NCBI GenBank assembly: GCA_012729375.1
Contig: JAAYDE010000035.1
Location: 3,222 to 67,221 of the forward strand
Direction: 5' to 3'
Length of the DNA stretch: 64,000 nt
Source of the DNA: Deltaproteobacteria bacterium
Lineage (GTDB): Bacteria > Desulfobacterota > Desulfuromonadia > Desulfuromonadales > JAAYDE01
Shown here: positions 1-10,400 of the stretch, piece after piece
How the letters are laid out: each line of letters starts with the position of its first letter
Numbering within the stretch: position 1 is the stretch's first letter
Position numbers and translations under genes: made by a program
Notes under the pieces: model-generated
Database searches by the model: none
Told to the model about the DNA's origin: nothing
The model's input: only the letters and a program-made list of their open reading frames with translations

Positions 1-707
1 ATGGCGCGGATGTTGCGCCCTTCGCGGCCGATGATCCGCCCCTTCATTTCATCGGAAGGAAGCGGCACCACGCTGACCGTCCTTTCCGCCACATAATCGC
101 CGGCGTAACGTTGGATGGCCAGCGAAATGACCTCCTTGGCCTTCTTGTCGGCGGTCTCCCGGGCTTCGTCTTCCATCTGCTTGATCCGCTTGGCGCAGTC
201 CAGCCGGGCGGCGCCGACCATCTCCTCCATGAGCTGTCTTTTGGCTTCGTCGGCGCTGATGCCGGAGATCGATTCCAGCCTTTCCCGCTGTTGCCGCAGG
301 ACCTCGTCGATTTCCTTTTCGCGGCTGTGAGCCTGGTCCTCCCGCTCGACGAGGGTTTTTTCCTTCTTCCCAAGCTCGGCTTCCCGCCCGTCGAGCTGAC
401 CCGATCTGCGGTCAAGGTATTCCTCTTTCTGCACCAGGCGCTTTTCCATGGCCTGAACTTCCCGGCGCTGTTCCTTGACCTCGTTTTCCCAGTCCATCTT
501 GGCCTGGAAAACAGCGTCCTTGGCTTGGACCTTGGCCTCCTTGCGGATGGTTTCGGCCTCCATTTTGGCGGCCTCGATAATCTGGTCGGCGGCCATTTTG
601 GCATCGGCCATGCGCGACTCGGTCAGTTTGTGGCGCAGTAAAAATCCCAAAGCTCCGCCGCCGGCGAGAGCCAAAACAGCAAGGATAATGACGAATTCAA
701 GTTCCAA
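1..707 (-). CDS. rny: Ribonuclease Y, N-terminal part (gene continues beyond the left window edge)
   Basis: Absent from the ORF track because it has no stop inside the window. My translation of the minus strand starts at TTG 707 (AGGAGG 7 nt upstream). It gives [24 protein letters not shown] (TM anchor), then a Lys/Glu/Ala coiled coil ([14 protein letters not shown]...), then [42 protein letters not shown], the start of the KH domain. The listed ORFs 44..604(-) and 111..641(+) are off-frame artefacts. Confidence 0.9.
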   Translation of the reverse strand, partial: MELEFVIILAVLALAGGGALGFLLRHKLTESRMADAKMAADQIIEAAKMEAETIRKEAKVQAKDAVFQAKMDWENEVKEQRREVQAMEKRLVQKEEYLDRRSGQLDGREAELGKKEKTLVEREDQAHSREKEIDEVLRQQRERLESISGISADEAKRQLMEEMVGAARLDCAKRIKQMEDEARETADKKAKEVISLAIQRYAGDYVAERTVSVVPLPSDEMKGRIIGREGRNIRA

Positions 708-719
708 GGGTTTTCCTCC

Positions 720-1295
720 TCAAAGAACCGCTGCCGGCTCTTTCGTAAATAGTGTGCGTTGTTCGGTTACGATGACATCCATGAGAACATCGTGGCTTTC
801 CCTGGGAAGAAAAGCCAGCAGCTGCATCTCGTAACAGAGCCCGACCAACCGGCCGTGAAAGGTTTCCGCGGCAAGCGCCCGGTCGTAATAACCTTTCCCG
901 TAACCCAGGCGTCCCCCGCTCAGATCGAAGGCAACGCCCGGCACGATCAACAGATCGATCGCGGCGATGGCGACGGCATGATCGCCCTTCGGCTCCGGAA
1001 TGCCGAAAGCCCCCTTCTCAAAAGCGCCGGGATCGGCGACGGCGATAAATTCCAGAGAAGCGTCCCGCACCCGGGGATAGGCGATTGTTTTTCCCGAAAG
1101 CGCCGCCGCCTGAAAGATATCCTGTGTCGGCACCTCGTTGCGAATGGGACTGTAAAGCCCCAAAGTCCGGCATTGGCGGAACATGCTGCCGGCCAGCAAA
1201 CGACCCTGGATGGCCTCGCCGAGGAGACGGCGCTCCGCCGGGCAAAGGGCATGGCGCTGGGCCAGAAGTTCTTTTCGAATCAGGCTTTTGGGCAT
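720..1295 (-). CDS. ygfA: 5-formyltetrahydrofolate cyclo-ligase
   Basis: ORF 720..1376 trimmed to ATG 1295 (MPKSLIRKELLAQR). Family motifs present: LYSPIRNEV and LLIVPGVAFDLSGGRLGYGKGYYDR. Confidence 0.85.
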   Translation of the reverse strand: MPKSLIRKELLAQRHALCPAERRLLGEAIQGRLLAGSMFRQCRTLGLYSPIRNEVPTQDIFQAAALSGKTIAYPRVRDASLEFIAVADPGAFEKGAFGIPEPKGDHAVAIAAIDLLIVPGVAFDLSGGRLGYGKGYYDRALAAETFHGRLVGLCYEMQLLAFLPRESHDVLMDVIVTEQRTLFTKEPAAVL

Positions 1296-1464
1296 GCAGA
1301 GGCAGTTGTAAGGTGTTGCCTGACCTCTGGGAGGGAAGGATGAAACGACCGGCGGGAGCGGGAAAACGGCCGCCAACGGCGGGTTTTCCCCGGCAAAACG
1401 GATGTCGGAGGCAAGATCCCCGGATCTTCAGCTACTTATATCTTCCACCCCTGGTTATGATACA

Positions 1465-1680
1465 ACCAAACCGGAAATACCGTTGCTTTGTATGAACCCG
1501 CTGGAAAGCGGCCACGGGAAGACAGATATATGCAAAAATCTTTTACTCCGCGAAATCATGGCGGCGAAGTAATCACATCGGTTTTGGCCATTCCACTGAT
1601 CTGCCGATCCTTACCGTTCACACGGTCAGGTGCACAAGTTCAGGAGACGACACGGCATCTCCCGGATTTCCCCGGCCACG
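1465..1680 (-). ncRNA. ssrS: Candidate 6S RNA (ssrS); boundaries approximate
   Basis: 310-nt non-coding gap exactly in the zapA-[ssrS]-ygfA position known from E. coli. Read on the minus strand, 5' CCGGGGAAAUCC (1674-1663) can pair with GGUAUUUCCGG (1481-1471), and UGAAC (1642-1638) with GUUCA (1497-1493). Small hairpins ACCGU-GUGA-ACGGU and CCGC-UUUCCA-GCGG sit on opposite sides of a central unpaired region, and there is an apical stem ACUUCGC/GCGGAGU. Folded by eye only. Confidence 0.4.
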
Positions 1681-1686
1681 GGGAGG

Positions 1687-1953
1687 TCAGCTGGCGACAT
1701 CCATTCTCGTCAGTAGTTTGGCGAGCTGCGCCTCGTTGCGCTTTTGACTTTCCTGCAGCCGCAGGTATTCTCCGGCCAGGTTGAGGAAGGCCAGAACCAT
1801 GGCCTGCAGGGAGTCAACCGTATTGGTCGCGGTGGTGACTTCCCTGATCTTTTCATTGACAAAAGCCGCCACCGCATCCACTTCTTCCGAGGGACCGTCA
1901 CTCTTTATGGCGTACTTCTGACCGAGGATGGTGACCTGAACGACATTTTTCAA
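1687..1953 (-). CDS. zapA: Cell division protein ZapA
   Basis: 88 aa: MKNVVQVTILGQKYAIKSDGPSEEVDAVAAFVNEKI... Typical ZapA size and N-terminal pattern. ATGA overlap with the upstream zapB-like gene. Confidence 0.85.
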   Translation of the reverse strand: MKNVVQVTILGQKYAIKSDGPSEEVDAVAAFVNEKIREVTTATNTVDSLQAMVLAFLNLAGEYLRLQESQKRNEAQLAKLLTRMDVAS

Positions 1954-2141
1954 GGCGTTTCCCGATCCAAATAAGCCAGTTTGCCCAGAATCCTCTCAAC
2001 TTCAGCGGCAATAAGCGCCTTTTCATCCGTCAGAGCACTTTTTTCCTGAAGAAGCTCCCGGCACTTTTCCTCAAGGGCGCAATTCTTCTCCAGAAGTTGA
2101 TCGATCTTACTTTCCAGTTTTTCAAAAACGTTCAGATCCAT
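1950..2141 (-). CDS. zapB: ZapB-like coiled-coil cell division protein
   Basis: 63 aa. MDLNVFEKLESKIDQLLEKNCALEEKCRELLQEK closely parallels the E. coli ZapB N-terminus (MSLEVFEKLEAKVQQAID...). Heptad coiled coil throughout. Confidence 0.75.
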   Translation of the reverse strand: MDLNVFEKLESKIDQLLEKNCALEEKCRELLQEKSALTDEKALIAAEVERILGKLAYLDRETP

Positions 2142-2176
2142 GGCAGAGACTCCAATCTATTGCAAATATAAATAAA

Positions 2177-2205
2177 ATAGTAAAATTCCCCCGGGGCAAA
2201 GTCAA
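2177..2205 (-). promoter_or_regulatory. Putative sigma70 promoter for zapB-zapA
   Basis: Minus strand reads TTGACT (2205-2200), a 17-nt spacer, then TACTAT (2182-2177). It lies about 35 nt upstream of the zapB ATG and directly after the ftsY stop. Confidence 0.45.
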
Positions 2206-2211
2206 CCGCTT

Positions 2212-3399
2212 TCACGGATTTTCAAACAAAGCCTGGACAAAAGCATGGGGATCGAAGGCACGCAGATCCTCGATTTTCTCCCCCACCCCGACATAGCGGA
2301 CCGGTATCCCCAGTTCCCCGCCGACGGCCACGATCATGCCCCCGCGGGCGGTGCCATCCAGTTTCGTCAGAACCAGGCCGGAGACATCCACCGCCTCGTT
2401 GAAAAGACGGGCCTGAATCAGGGAATTCTGGCCGAGGGTGGCGTCCAGCACCAGCAGGGTTTCGTGGGGGGCGCCGGGGACCTCCCGGCCGACGACACGG
2501 CGGATCTTCTTGACCTCTTCCATGAGATTGACCTTGGTGTGGAGACGTCCCGCCGTATCTAGAATGACCACGTCCGTGCGCCGGGCCAAGGCCGCCTTGA
2601 GCGTGTCAAAGGCGACACCGGCCGGATCGGCGCCGGGGCCGTGACTGACGATGCCGGCGCCGGAACGCTCGGCCCAGATAGCCAACTGCTCCGCCGCCGC
2701 CGCCCGAAAGGTGTCACAGGCGCCGAGCAGTACTTTCTTCCCCTGCTGGTGGGTCAACTGCCAGGCCAGCTTACCGATGGTTGTCGTCTTGCCGACGCCG
2801 TTGACTCCGATCACCATGATCACAAAGGGGGCGGCGGCACTGAAATCAAGGGGGGCCTCACAACAACTCAGGCGCCTCTCGATCTCTTCCATCAACGCCT
2901 TCCGCAAGCCCGCCGGATCCCGTATTTCTCCTTGCGCCGAGCGCCCCTGCAACACCTCCCGCAGTTCCAGGGAGGTTTTCATGCCGATGTCGGAGCCAAT
3001 CAGGATCTCTTCCAATTCCTCCCAGAGGGCATCGCCGATTCCGCCTCCGCCCCGCAACAGGTCATCGAGGCGGCCGACGAAAATGCCGCGGGTCTTGGCC
3101 AGACCGGCGCGCATCCGGTCGATCATCGACGAAGGCGGTTCTGGAACAACCAACGGAGCGCCTTCCCCCGGCGGAGCCGGCTCTTCTGCGGGCGGCAGCG
3201 CCGTTTCCCTAGCCTTCCTTCTTTTGCGTCCGGCGATGGCTCGGACCAGAACCACGACCAGGATCATCAGAATCAGGACAGCCAGGGCGGGAAGACCATA
3301 ATATAGGTAAGGGAGCACCAGGGGACGTTGCCCTTCGGCAATCCCCAGCAGGGAAACCACGAAGGCGATCACTTCGTCATAACGGGCCAACCACTCCAT
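2212..3399 (-). CDS. ftsY: Signal recognition particle receptor FtsY (membrane-anchored N-terminus)
   Basis: SRP-GTPase motifs GVNGVGKTTTIGKLA, DTAGRLH and TKLDGTARGG. Start set to ATG 3399 (MEWLARYDEV), which overlaps the upstream gene stop as TGATG. The track ORF extends to 3432. Confidence 0.93.
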   Translation of the reverse strand: MEWLARYDEVIAFVVSLLGIAEGQRPLVLPYLYYGLPALAVLILMILVVVLVRAIAGRKRRKARETALPPAEEPAPPGEGAPLVVPEPPSSMIDRMRAGLAKTRGIFVGRLDDLLRGGGGIGDALWEELEEILIGSDIGMKTSLELREVLQGRSAQGEIRDPAGLRKALMEEIERRLSCCEAPLDFSAAAPFVIMVIGVNGVGKTTTIGKLAWQLTHQQGKKVLLGACDTFRAAAAEQLAIWAERSGAGIVSHGPGADPAGVAFDTLKAALARRTDVVILDTAGRLHTKVNLMEEVKKIRRVVGREVPGAPHETLLVLDATLGQNSLIQARLFNEAVDVSGLVLTKLDGTARGGMIVAVGGELGIPVRYVGVGEKIEDLRAFDPHAFVQALFENP

Positions 3400-3761
3400 C
3401 AATAAAGCTCCTTCTTCAGCGCCAAAGCGCAACGTATCGCCGCGGATCGAGCTCGATCCGCGTTAAGCAGATCCCGGCCATGTAAAAAAACCAGGTAATA
3501 ATCCTCATCCACAGGAACGACCAAAACCTGGCAACCCTCGCTGTCGATCTTCATTTCGCGAAGAGATTCCCCTTCCAGGCCGAGAAACAGCCGTTGGAAA
3601 TGCTGATAGAGGATGACGGCGTGGGCGCCAATGACCTGAAGCCGGTAGGATTCCATCCGCCCCGCCATGTCGACGACCTCGCCTTCGCCATCGACCAGCA
3701 GCGCCCCACACTCCCCGCTGACCAGTTCGGTCAGGGGAAAAAGTAATTTTTTGAAAGGCAT
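3399..3761 (-). CDS. Roadblock/LC7 (MglB-like) domain protein, putative
   Basis: ORF 3399..3842 trimmed to ATG 3761 (MPFKKLLFPL), 4 nt after the smc stop with AGGTGA upstream. The 120-aa sequence ...LVSGECGALLVDGEGEVVDMAGRMES...VIGAHAVILYQ...CQVLVVPVDEDYYLVFLHG... has the size and alternating pattern of Roadblock/LC7 proteins. Family call made by eye. Confidence 0.65.
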   Translation of the reverse strand: MPFKKLLFPLTELVSGECGALLVDGEGEVVDMAGRMESYRLQVIGAHAVILYQHFQRLFLGLEGESLREMKIDSEGCQVLVVPVDEDYYLVFLHGRDLLNADRARSAAIRCALALKKELY

Positions 3762-3765
3762 TCGC

Positions 3766-6700
3766 TCACCTGAAATCGTTGATACGCACCGAGACCACTT
3801 TGGAGACACCCTGTTCTTCCATGGTGATGCCGTACAAGGCATCGCCGGTCCCCATCGTCCTTTTGTTGTGGGTGATGATAATAAACTGGGATTTTTTTGC
3901 CAATTCCTGAATCAGATCGTTGTAACGATCGGTGTTGGCGTCATCGAGGGGGGCATCCACCTCATCGAGAAGACAGAACGGGGACGGGCGGACCATAAAG
4001 GTGGCAAACACCAGGGCGATAGCGGTCAGCGCCTTCTCCCCCCCCGACAGCAACCCGAGTTCCTGAAGACGTTTTCCCGGGGGTTGGGCAATGATCTCAA
4101 CTCCGGTCTCGAGCAGATTGCCTTCGTCGGTCAGATGTAGTTCCGCCCTGCCGCCCGCGAAAAGACGCGGAAAAACCTGCTGAAAACGGCCGTTGATCTG
4201 CTCGAAGGCGTCCCGGAAGCGGCGGCAGGTGGTACTGTTGATGCGCTGGATGGTGGTTTCCAGGTCGGCTACCGAGGCAATGAGATCGTTCTGCTGGGCG
4301 ACCAGGAAAGTGAGCCTTTCCTCCAGGACCTGAAATTCCTCCAGGGCCGTCAGGTTGACCTCGCCGATACTGTCCAGCTGCCGCTGCAGTTCGACACGCC
4401 GTAGTTCCTGACGCTGGTCGTCCCAGTCCCCTTCCCCCTGCTGCTGCTCCAGGTCACAGCGGAAACGGTCCAGAATGGCCTGGCGCAGATGCCCCTTTTC
4501 CAGACTCTTCTCTTGGCGCTCCAGGCGCAGGCCATTGATGACCTCCCGCTCTCCGGCAACGCGGACGGCCAGGGAGCGGAGCTGCTCTTCAGTCACCCCC
4601 AGCGACCGCTTGCCGTCCATGGCGGCGGCTTCCAGGGCGGCCAGTTTGGCTTTCTCTTTTTCGCGCAGGGGAAGCATCTCCCGGTCACGATCCTCGAGAA
4701 CCTGCCGTTCCTCGGCCAGCCGTTTTCGTTCCCTTTCGTTTTCCGCCACACGTTCACCAAGGCGTTCCAGGCGCCCGCCAAGGTCGTCTGCCGTCTCGCG
4801 GCAGGTCTCCAGACGCTTGCCGAGGGAGCGGCGGCGCTCCACCCGGCCCGCCTGGCGCACCTTGTTGCCCGTTTCGGCCTCCCGCAGGCGTGCCACTTCG
4901 CGGCGGAAATCGTCGAAGTCTTCCTGGGCCGCCTGCAACTCCTTCTGCAGCCGGTCCTTTTCCCCCTCCCGAGCGGTGCTTTCCTGAAGGCTGTGCAAGG
5001 ACTCCTCCCGCAACCGCAGGCACTCCTCCTCCAGCTGTTGGTGTTCCAGAGCGAGCACCTCCAGGCGGTCGCGAACCCGCTTCCCGGCGTTGTCGAGGTC
5101 GGCCAGCAGCCGCTCGGCACGGGTTCCGGACTCCGTTTCACTGCGCAGGGCAGCAGCCACATCGCGGCTGCTTTTTTCCAGCGCACCGGCCTCCTCGTTT
5201 ACAACCTGGCGCTGGTGCTCCAGGCGGGTGCGCTTCAGTTCACACTCACGCAGCAGCGCCTCCAACTCGCGCCGCATCCTTTTTCGCGTCAGTACGCCGT
5301 TTCCCCGGGCGCCGGCGCCGACGACCAGTTCCCCCCGCCAGGAGAGCATTTCCCCCCGGCGATTGACCAGGGTCACGCCCTCGGGAATGCGGCCGTTCAG
5401 GAAGGGTTCCAGGCTCTCCACCCGATAGGCCCCCGCCACAAGGTTTTTCAGCAAGGGCCGGTCCTGGTCGGCGGCGGTCAGTAGTTCCGCTAAAGGAACG
5501 CCGCCTTCCCAGAAAGGAGACCGGCGCGGGACATCGAAAAAGAAACAAAAACGGTTTCTTACGTTCTGTTTCCGGAGCCAGGCAAGGATCAGCTCCGGCG
5601 CCGTTTCCTTCTCCACAACCCGGGCTTGGAGCCGTTCTCCCAGAAAGGTTTCGAAGAGCTGTTCCTCATCCCGGTCCACGGTGAGGCAGTCGACCACCCT
5701 TCTCGCCGCCCCGTCGGGAGGGTTTTCGCTCCCCCCGTTGCCGAACCCGGCCGTCGCGTCGATCTCGGCCAGGGCTTCCAGGCGGGAGCGCCCTGCCGCG
5801 TATTCCTCGCGGAGGGCGGCCAGCGCTTCCCGGTTGGTCGAAATAAGGGCATCCAGTTCCTTGCGCCGCTCGTGTATGGCGGATTCCTGCTTGGCCAGGC
5901 CCTCACGCCGGGACTGGGCCGCGGCCAGCGATGCCTCCGCCGCCGCCCTTTCACCCTCCAAATCCGCGCCCTTTTTCCTTTCCAGGACGGCATCTTCGCG
6001 GCTACGCCGCAGGCGTCCCTCGAGGTTGTCCAGACGCCGCTCGGCGTCTTCCCGTCGATTGGCGAAACGGGATATCTCGCTCAGGCAAGAAAACAGCTTC
6101 TCTCTGAGGGCGGTCACCGACCGCGATTGCCGTTCCTCGGCCTCCTGGAGATAGACTAGCTTTTCGGCGCCGGCCTGCAGTTCCCCCTCGGCGCCGATGA
6201 TCTCGGCGTCGAGGGTAGCCAGATCGGCGGTCAGGGCTTCGCGCTCTCGATGGAGTTCTTCCCGCCGCCTCTCAAGCTCCTTCCGTTCCTGGTCAAAGCG
6301 CTCACGGTCGAGGCCAAGACGTTCCGCCTCACGGCGGTTGAAGTCCAACCGCTGGGATCCCCGGTCGATATCGCCGGCCAGGCGGAGCAAGGCGCCGCGA
6401 GTCCGCTCAATCTCTTTCTCCCTTGCCGCCTGGACGGTTTTCAAGGCGACCAGCCCCTCTTCCCCACCGGCGATCTGCCCTTCCAATTCCTCCACAGCCT
6501 CGCGATGCTGCCCCTCGGCGACGGCAAGCTCATCCTCCTGCCCCTTGAGCAGCCGGTAGCGACGCTGGGCGAAACCGATGTCGATCGCTTTCAGCTCCCG
6601 TCGGCACTCGCGGAAACGTTCCGCTTTCTGGGCCTGGCGCTTGAGGATGGAGGCCTGGCGCCGCACCTCGGCGATCACATCCTCCAGGCGGCTGAGATTG

Positions 6701-7263
6701 AGCCGGGCCGCCTCGATCTTGCGCAATGCCGCTTTTTTGCGGACTTTGAATTTCATCACCCCGGCGGCATCTTCGATCAGGCTGCGGCGCTCCTCCGGCC
6801 TGTCGCGGAGGATCGTCTCGATATTCCCCTGCTCGATAATGGCATAGGATTTGGCGCCCACCCCCGTATCGAGAAAAAGTTCCTGGATGTCGAGACGCCG
6901 GCAGCGGCTTTTGTTGATGTAGTATTCGCTCTCCCCATCCCGAAAGAGCCGGCGCGTGACCATGATCTCGCTGCAATCCTGATAGGGCTCCGGCGCGATC
7001 CCGTCCTCGGCGGAGAGAATCAGGGAAACCTCGGCCATACCCAATCCCTTGCGGGCGGCGCTGCCCTTGAAGATGACATCCTCCATGGAGGAACCGCGCA
7101 GGTTTTTGGCGCTCTGCTCTCCCATAGCCCAGCGGATGGCGTCAAGAATGTTGCTCTTGCCGCAGCCGTTTGGCCCGACGACGACATTGATCCCCTCCTG
7201 AAAAGGCAGAGATACCTTGTCAACGAAGGATTTAAAGCCGATAATATCTACCTGTTTGATGCG
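3766..7263 (-). CDS. smc: Chromosome partition protein Smc
   Basis: Start trimmed to MRIKQVDIIGFKSF (ATG 7263). Walker A GPNGCGKSN, long coiled coils with a central hinge, signature LSGGEKALTAIAL, Walker B FCLLDEVDAPLD. Confidence 0.95.
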   Translation of the reverse strand, partial: RIKQVDIIGFKSFVDKVSLPFQEGINVVVGPNGCGKSNILDAIRWAMGEQSAKNLRGSSMEDVIFKGSAARKGLGMAEVSLILSAEDGIAPEPYQDCSEIMVTRRLFRDGESEYYINKSRCRRLDIQELFLDTGVGAKSYAIIEQGNIETILRDRPEERRSLIEDAAGVMKFKVRKKAALRKIEAARLNLSRLEDVIAEVRRQASILKRQAQKAERFRECRRELKAIDIGFAQRRYRLLKGQEDELAVAEGQHREAVEELEGQIAGGEEGLVALKTVQAAREKEIERTRGALLRLAGDIDRGSQRLDFNRREAERLGLDRERFDQERKELERRREELHREREALTADLATLDAEIIGAEGELQAGAEKLVYLQEAEERQSRSVTALREKLFSCLSEISRFANRREDAERRLDNLEGRLRRSREDAVLERKKGADLEGERAAAEASLAAAQSRREGLAKQESAIHERRKELDALISTNREALAALREEYAAGRSRLEALAEIDATAGFGNGGSENPPDGAARRVVDCLTVDRDEEQLFETFLGERLQARVVEKETAPELILAWLRKQNVRNRFCFFFDVPRRSPFWEGGVPLAELLTAADQDRPLLKNLVAGAYRVESLEPFLNGRIPEGVTLVNRRGEMLSWRGELVVGAGARGNGVLTRKRMRRELEALLRECELKRTRLEHQRQVVNEEAGALEKSSRDVAAALRSETESGTRAERLLADLDNAGKRVRDRLEVLALEHQQLEEECLRLREESLHSLQESTAREGEKDRLQKELQAAQEDFDDFRREVARLREAETGNKVRQAGRVERRRSLGKRLETCRETADDLGGRLERLGERVAENERERKRLAEERQVLEDRDREMLPLREKEKAKLAALEAAAMDGKRSLGVTEEQLRSLAVRVAGEREVINGLRLERQEKSLEKGHLRQAILDRFRCDLEQQQGEGDWDDQRQELRRVELQRQLDSIGEVNLTALEEFQVLEERLTFLVAQQNDLIASVADLETTIQRINSTTCRRFRDAFEQINGRFQQVFPRLFAGGRAELHLTDEGNLLETGVEIIAQPPGKRLQELGLLSGGEKALTAIALVFATFMVRPSPFCLLDEVDAPLDDANTDRYNDLIQELAKKSQFIIITHNKRTMGTGDALYGITMEEQGVSKVVSVRINDFR

Positions 7264-7400
7264 CATCCGCGTCAGTCCGGCAGGCTCCCCGCCACCGTTG
7301 ATGGACCCGTACCATCCCCTGAAAAAAACCACACATGGAGAGGACCGCCTGCTTCAGGCTATAATAGATAAACTTTCCCGCGTACCAATAATAAAAAAAG

Positions 7401-10400
7401 ATGGCGTGCCGTTTTATGAGCAAAAGGCTTCCCTGGATTCGGCTCCTGCTCCTGGTACTGGTACTGACCTGCGCCGGCGGCGCGGCCGCATTCCTCTGTG
7501 TGTCGAGAGCCGACCTGCAGCCCTTCTTGCAAAGGGAGTTGAGCAAGGCGCTGGGCCGTCCGCTGGCCGTCGGTGAGGTGCGCCTGCGTTTTTTCCCCAC
7601 CCCGGCCCTGGACTTCAAGGATATCGCCATCGAGTCCCCGGGGGAAGTCATCGCCGCCGCCCATATCCCCCATCTTCATGTGCAGCCGGAGTTCCTCCCC
7701 CTGCTTCAAGGAAAGCTTCTGTTCAATAAAATCACCCTGCAATCCCCGTTATTGAAGATCGATCTCGCCCATCTCGGCAACGGGGATGCGGCAGCCGGTC
7801 CCGAGCGGAAAAACATCTCCGGGCCCATCAAACTGAAAACCCTCCGTCTCCGTCAGGGCAACCTCACTCTGATCCACAGCACCGACAGCCGCTTCCCCTC
7901 CCCGCTGCTCATCCCCAATGTCAACGGACGCCTGGTCATGAAAGCGGATCATCCGCTGATATTGATGGTCGATGGAGAACTCTCCATGGATGGAGTGCCG
8001 GCGCCCTTTTCCGGCGACTTTTCCTGGGCCGGCGGCGATGCCTGGCGGCGGGAGACGCTGTCCGGGAAACTTCAGCTCACCCGTCTGCCCCTGCCTTTCC
8101 TCGTCCGGAGAATTCCCGGCTGGGCCGCCGTTCAGGCCGCCGGCAATCTGGATATCGCCCTCCGCGTCCAGGGCACACCCGCCGCCGGAGCCGTCATCGA
8201 TTTGGCCGTGACCGGGGACAATGCGGCCGTCTCCGCCCCTGGTCTGGCGCCCAACCCGCTGCCTGTAAAAAAGGCCACTTTGCACGCCATATGGCACAGC
8301 GACAGAGAAAGGGAGCTGTTCTCCCACCTCGCCCTTGACCTTGGCGGCCCGCAAGTGACCGGCATGGCGGCCCTGGAAAAACGCCCCGAGGGGTTGTGGC
8401 TGAAAACGGAACTCGCCTCCCCGCCGCTGACCACGGCCGACCTGCCCTTGGCGGCGGCGCAGTCCGCCCCCCTGCAGGGCAAGGTGGCGGTGAAGTCCTG
8501 CGTCTACGACGGGCCGGTCGCGGCGATGGCCAGGTTTCCCCAGGATCTTGCCCCGTTGCGGGCCGAATTGCGGTTGACCGAAATCGCTACGAAGACGCCG
8601 GCGACCACCAAACTGGAAAAAGGGGAAGGAACCCTTTTTTGGGAAGGAAACCGCCTGCGTCTCGATAACGGCCGATTTGTCCTGGGGAACTCCGCCGGCG
8701 AACTCTCTGTCATCGTCGACGATCTCTTCAACAAAAGCATCCCCACAAAACTTCAAGCCACAGGCTCCCTCCCTCTCGGCGCCCTGGCAGTCGCCATCCC
8801 AGAGAAAAACAGAAATGGGCTGCCGGTGGAGGGCCTGCTCCCCTTCCGCGCCCAAGGAAGCGAAATGGAAGGGGCCTTCCGAATCGATCTGGAAGCCGAC
8901 CTCGCCAGCCTGGTCAAAAACCTCTCCGGCCGGGGAGTCCTGGCCGCGGATACCCCCGCCGCCCTGGCCCTGAGCCTGGACCTGAACCGGGAAACCTGGC
9001 GCCTGCAAAAAGGTTCCCTGACCTGCGGACCCGTTGCTCTTAAGGCCAGTGGCGACGGCAGGTTCCAAAACCTACGGGATTTCCGCCTGCGCCTGGACAG
9101 CGACGCACTGCTCCTCGCAAAAATCGGTGCCGCATTCCCTCAACTGCACCGCTGGAAACTGCGCGGTCAGGCCGCCCTGAACGCCACCTTAAGTGGAACC
9201 AGGGAAGGCCCTCCCCGCATCGACGGTGAATTGCGCCTGGCCGGGGCCGGCATGCGCACCACGCCGATGCTGGCCGACCTCAACGACATCAACGGGCGGT
9301 TCCTTTTCAGCCCCGAGGGAATCAAGGCCGACCAGGTGACCGGCCTCCTCGGCACTTCGCCGCTGCGCATCGTCACCACGGCGCTGAGCGATTTTTCCAA
9401 TCCCGTGCTGACCCTCCATGTCCAGGGACCACAGATCCGCGCCGAGGAACTGATTTTCCCTTCCGACCAGGCCTACCTGTACGATGTGGACGGTAGGCTG
9501 AGAATCGACGCCAAAGAACTGCGCTTCGAAAAGGTCGACGTCACTCTCGGCCAGGGGACCAAGGCCACGGTGCGCGGCCACGTGCGCAATTTCAAGGAAC
9601 CGGAAACCTGGCTTCACATCACTTCCCGGGAAGCGATCATTGACGAGGTCATCGCCCTCTGGCAACGCTCCGTTCCCAAACCGAAGGAGCCGCCCCGCCG
9701 CAAGGAGGTGAAACTGCTCATCGACATGGCAGTGGCCAAGGGCTCCCTGGACGGCTTCCATTTCACCCAGGCGGTGGGACAGCTGCGCCTCAAGGAAGGG
9801 AAAATCGTCATCCATCCCGTCGACTTTCGCGCCGGGCCCGGATTCGGACAGGGTCAGATCATTGTCGACCCGCGCCCGGCGGGACCTGCTCAATTGAGAA
9901 TTTCCGGCCATGTGGAAAACCTGGACGCCGCAACCATCAGCCGCCAGGTTCTCGAGGCGGAGAGCATCGCCACCGGCAGCCTGAGCGGTGATTTCTACCT
10001 GGAATGTCGGGCGGAAAAGGGTTTTCTCACCTCCTCCCAGGGAAAATTCAGCGCCGCGATCGGCAACGGCGTATTGAAGGAATTCAAGACGCTGGCCAAG
10101 GTTTTTTCACTGCTCAACGTTTCCCAGCTATTTTCCATGAAGCTTCCCGACATGTCCCGGGAAGGGATGCCTTTCGACCGGATCACCGCCACCGGCGATC
10201 TCAACCAGGGGATCCTGGCCTCGGAGAATTTGCTGGTGGACAGTACCTCGATGAAGCTCTCACTGGTGGGCAATCTTGATCTGAAAAACGACCGGATCGA
10301 CGCCGTCATGGGGGTCCGGCCGTTGGGCACCGTCGACACAGTGATGAGCCGCATTCCCATCGCCGGCTGGGTTCTAGGCGGCGAGGAGAAGGCCCTGATC

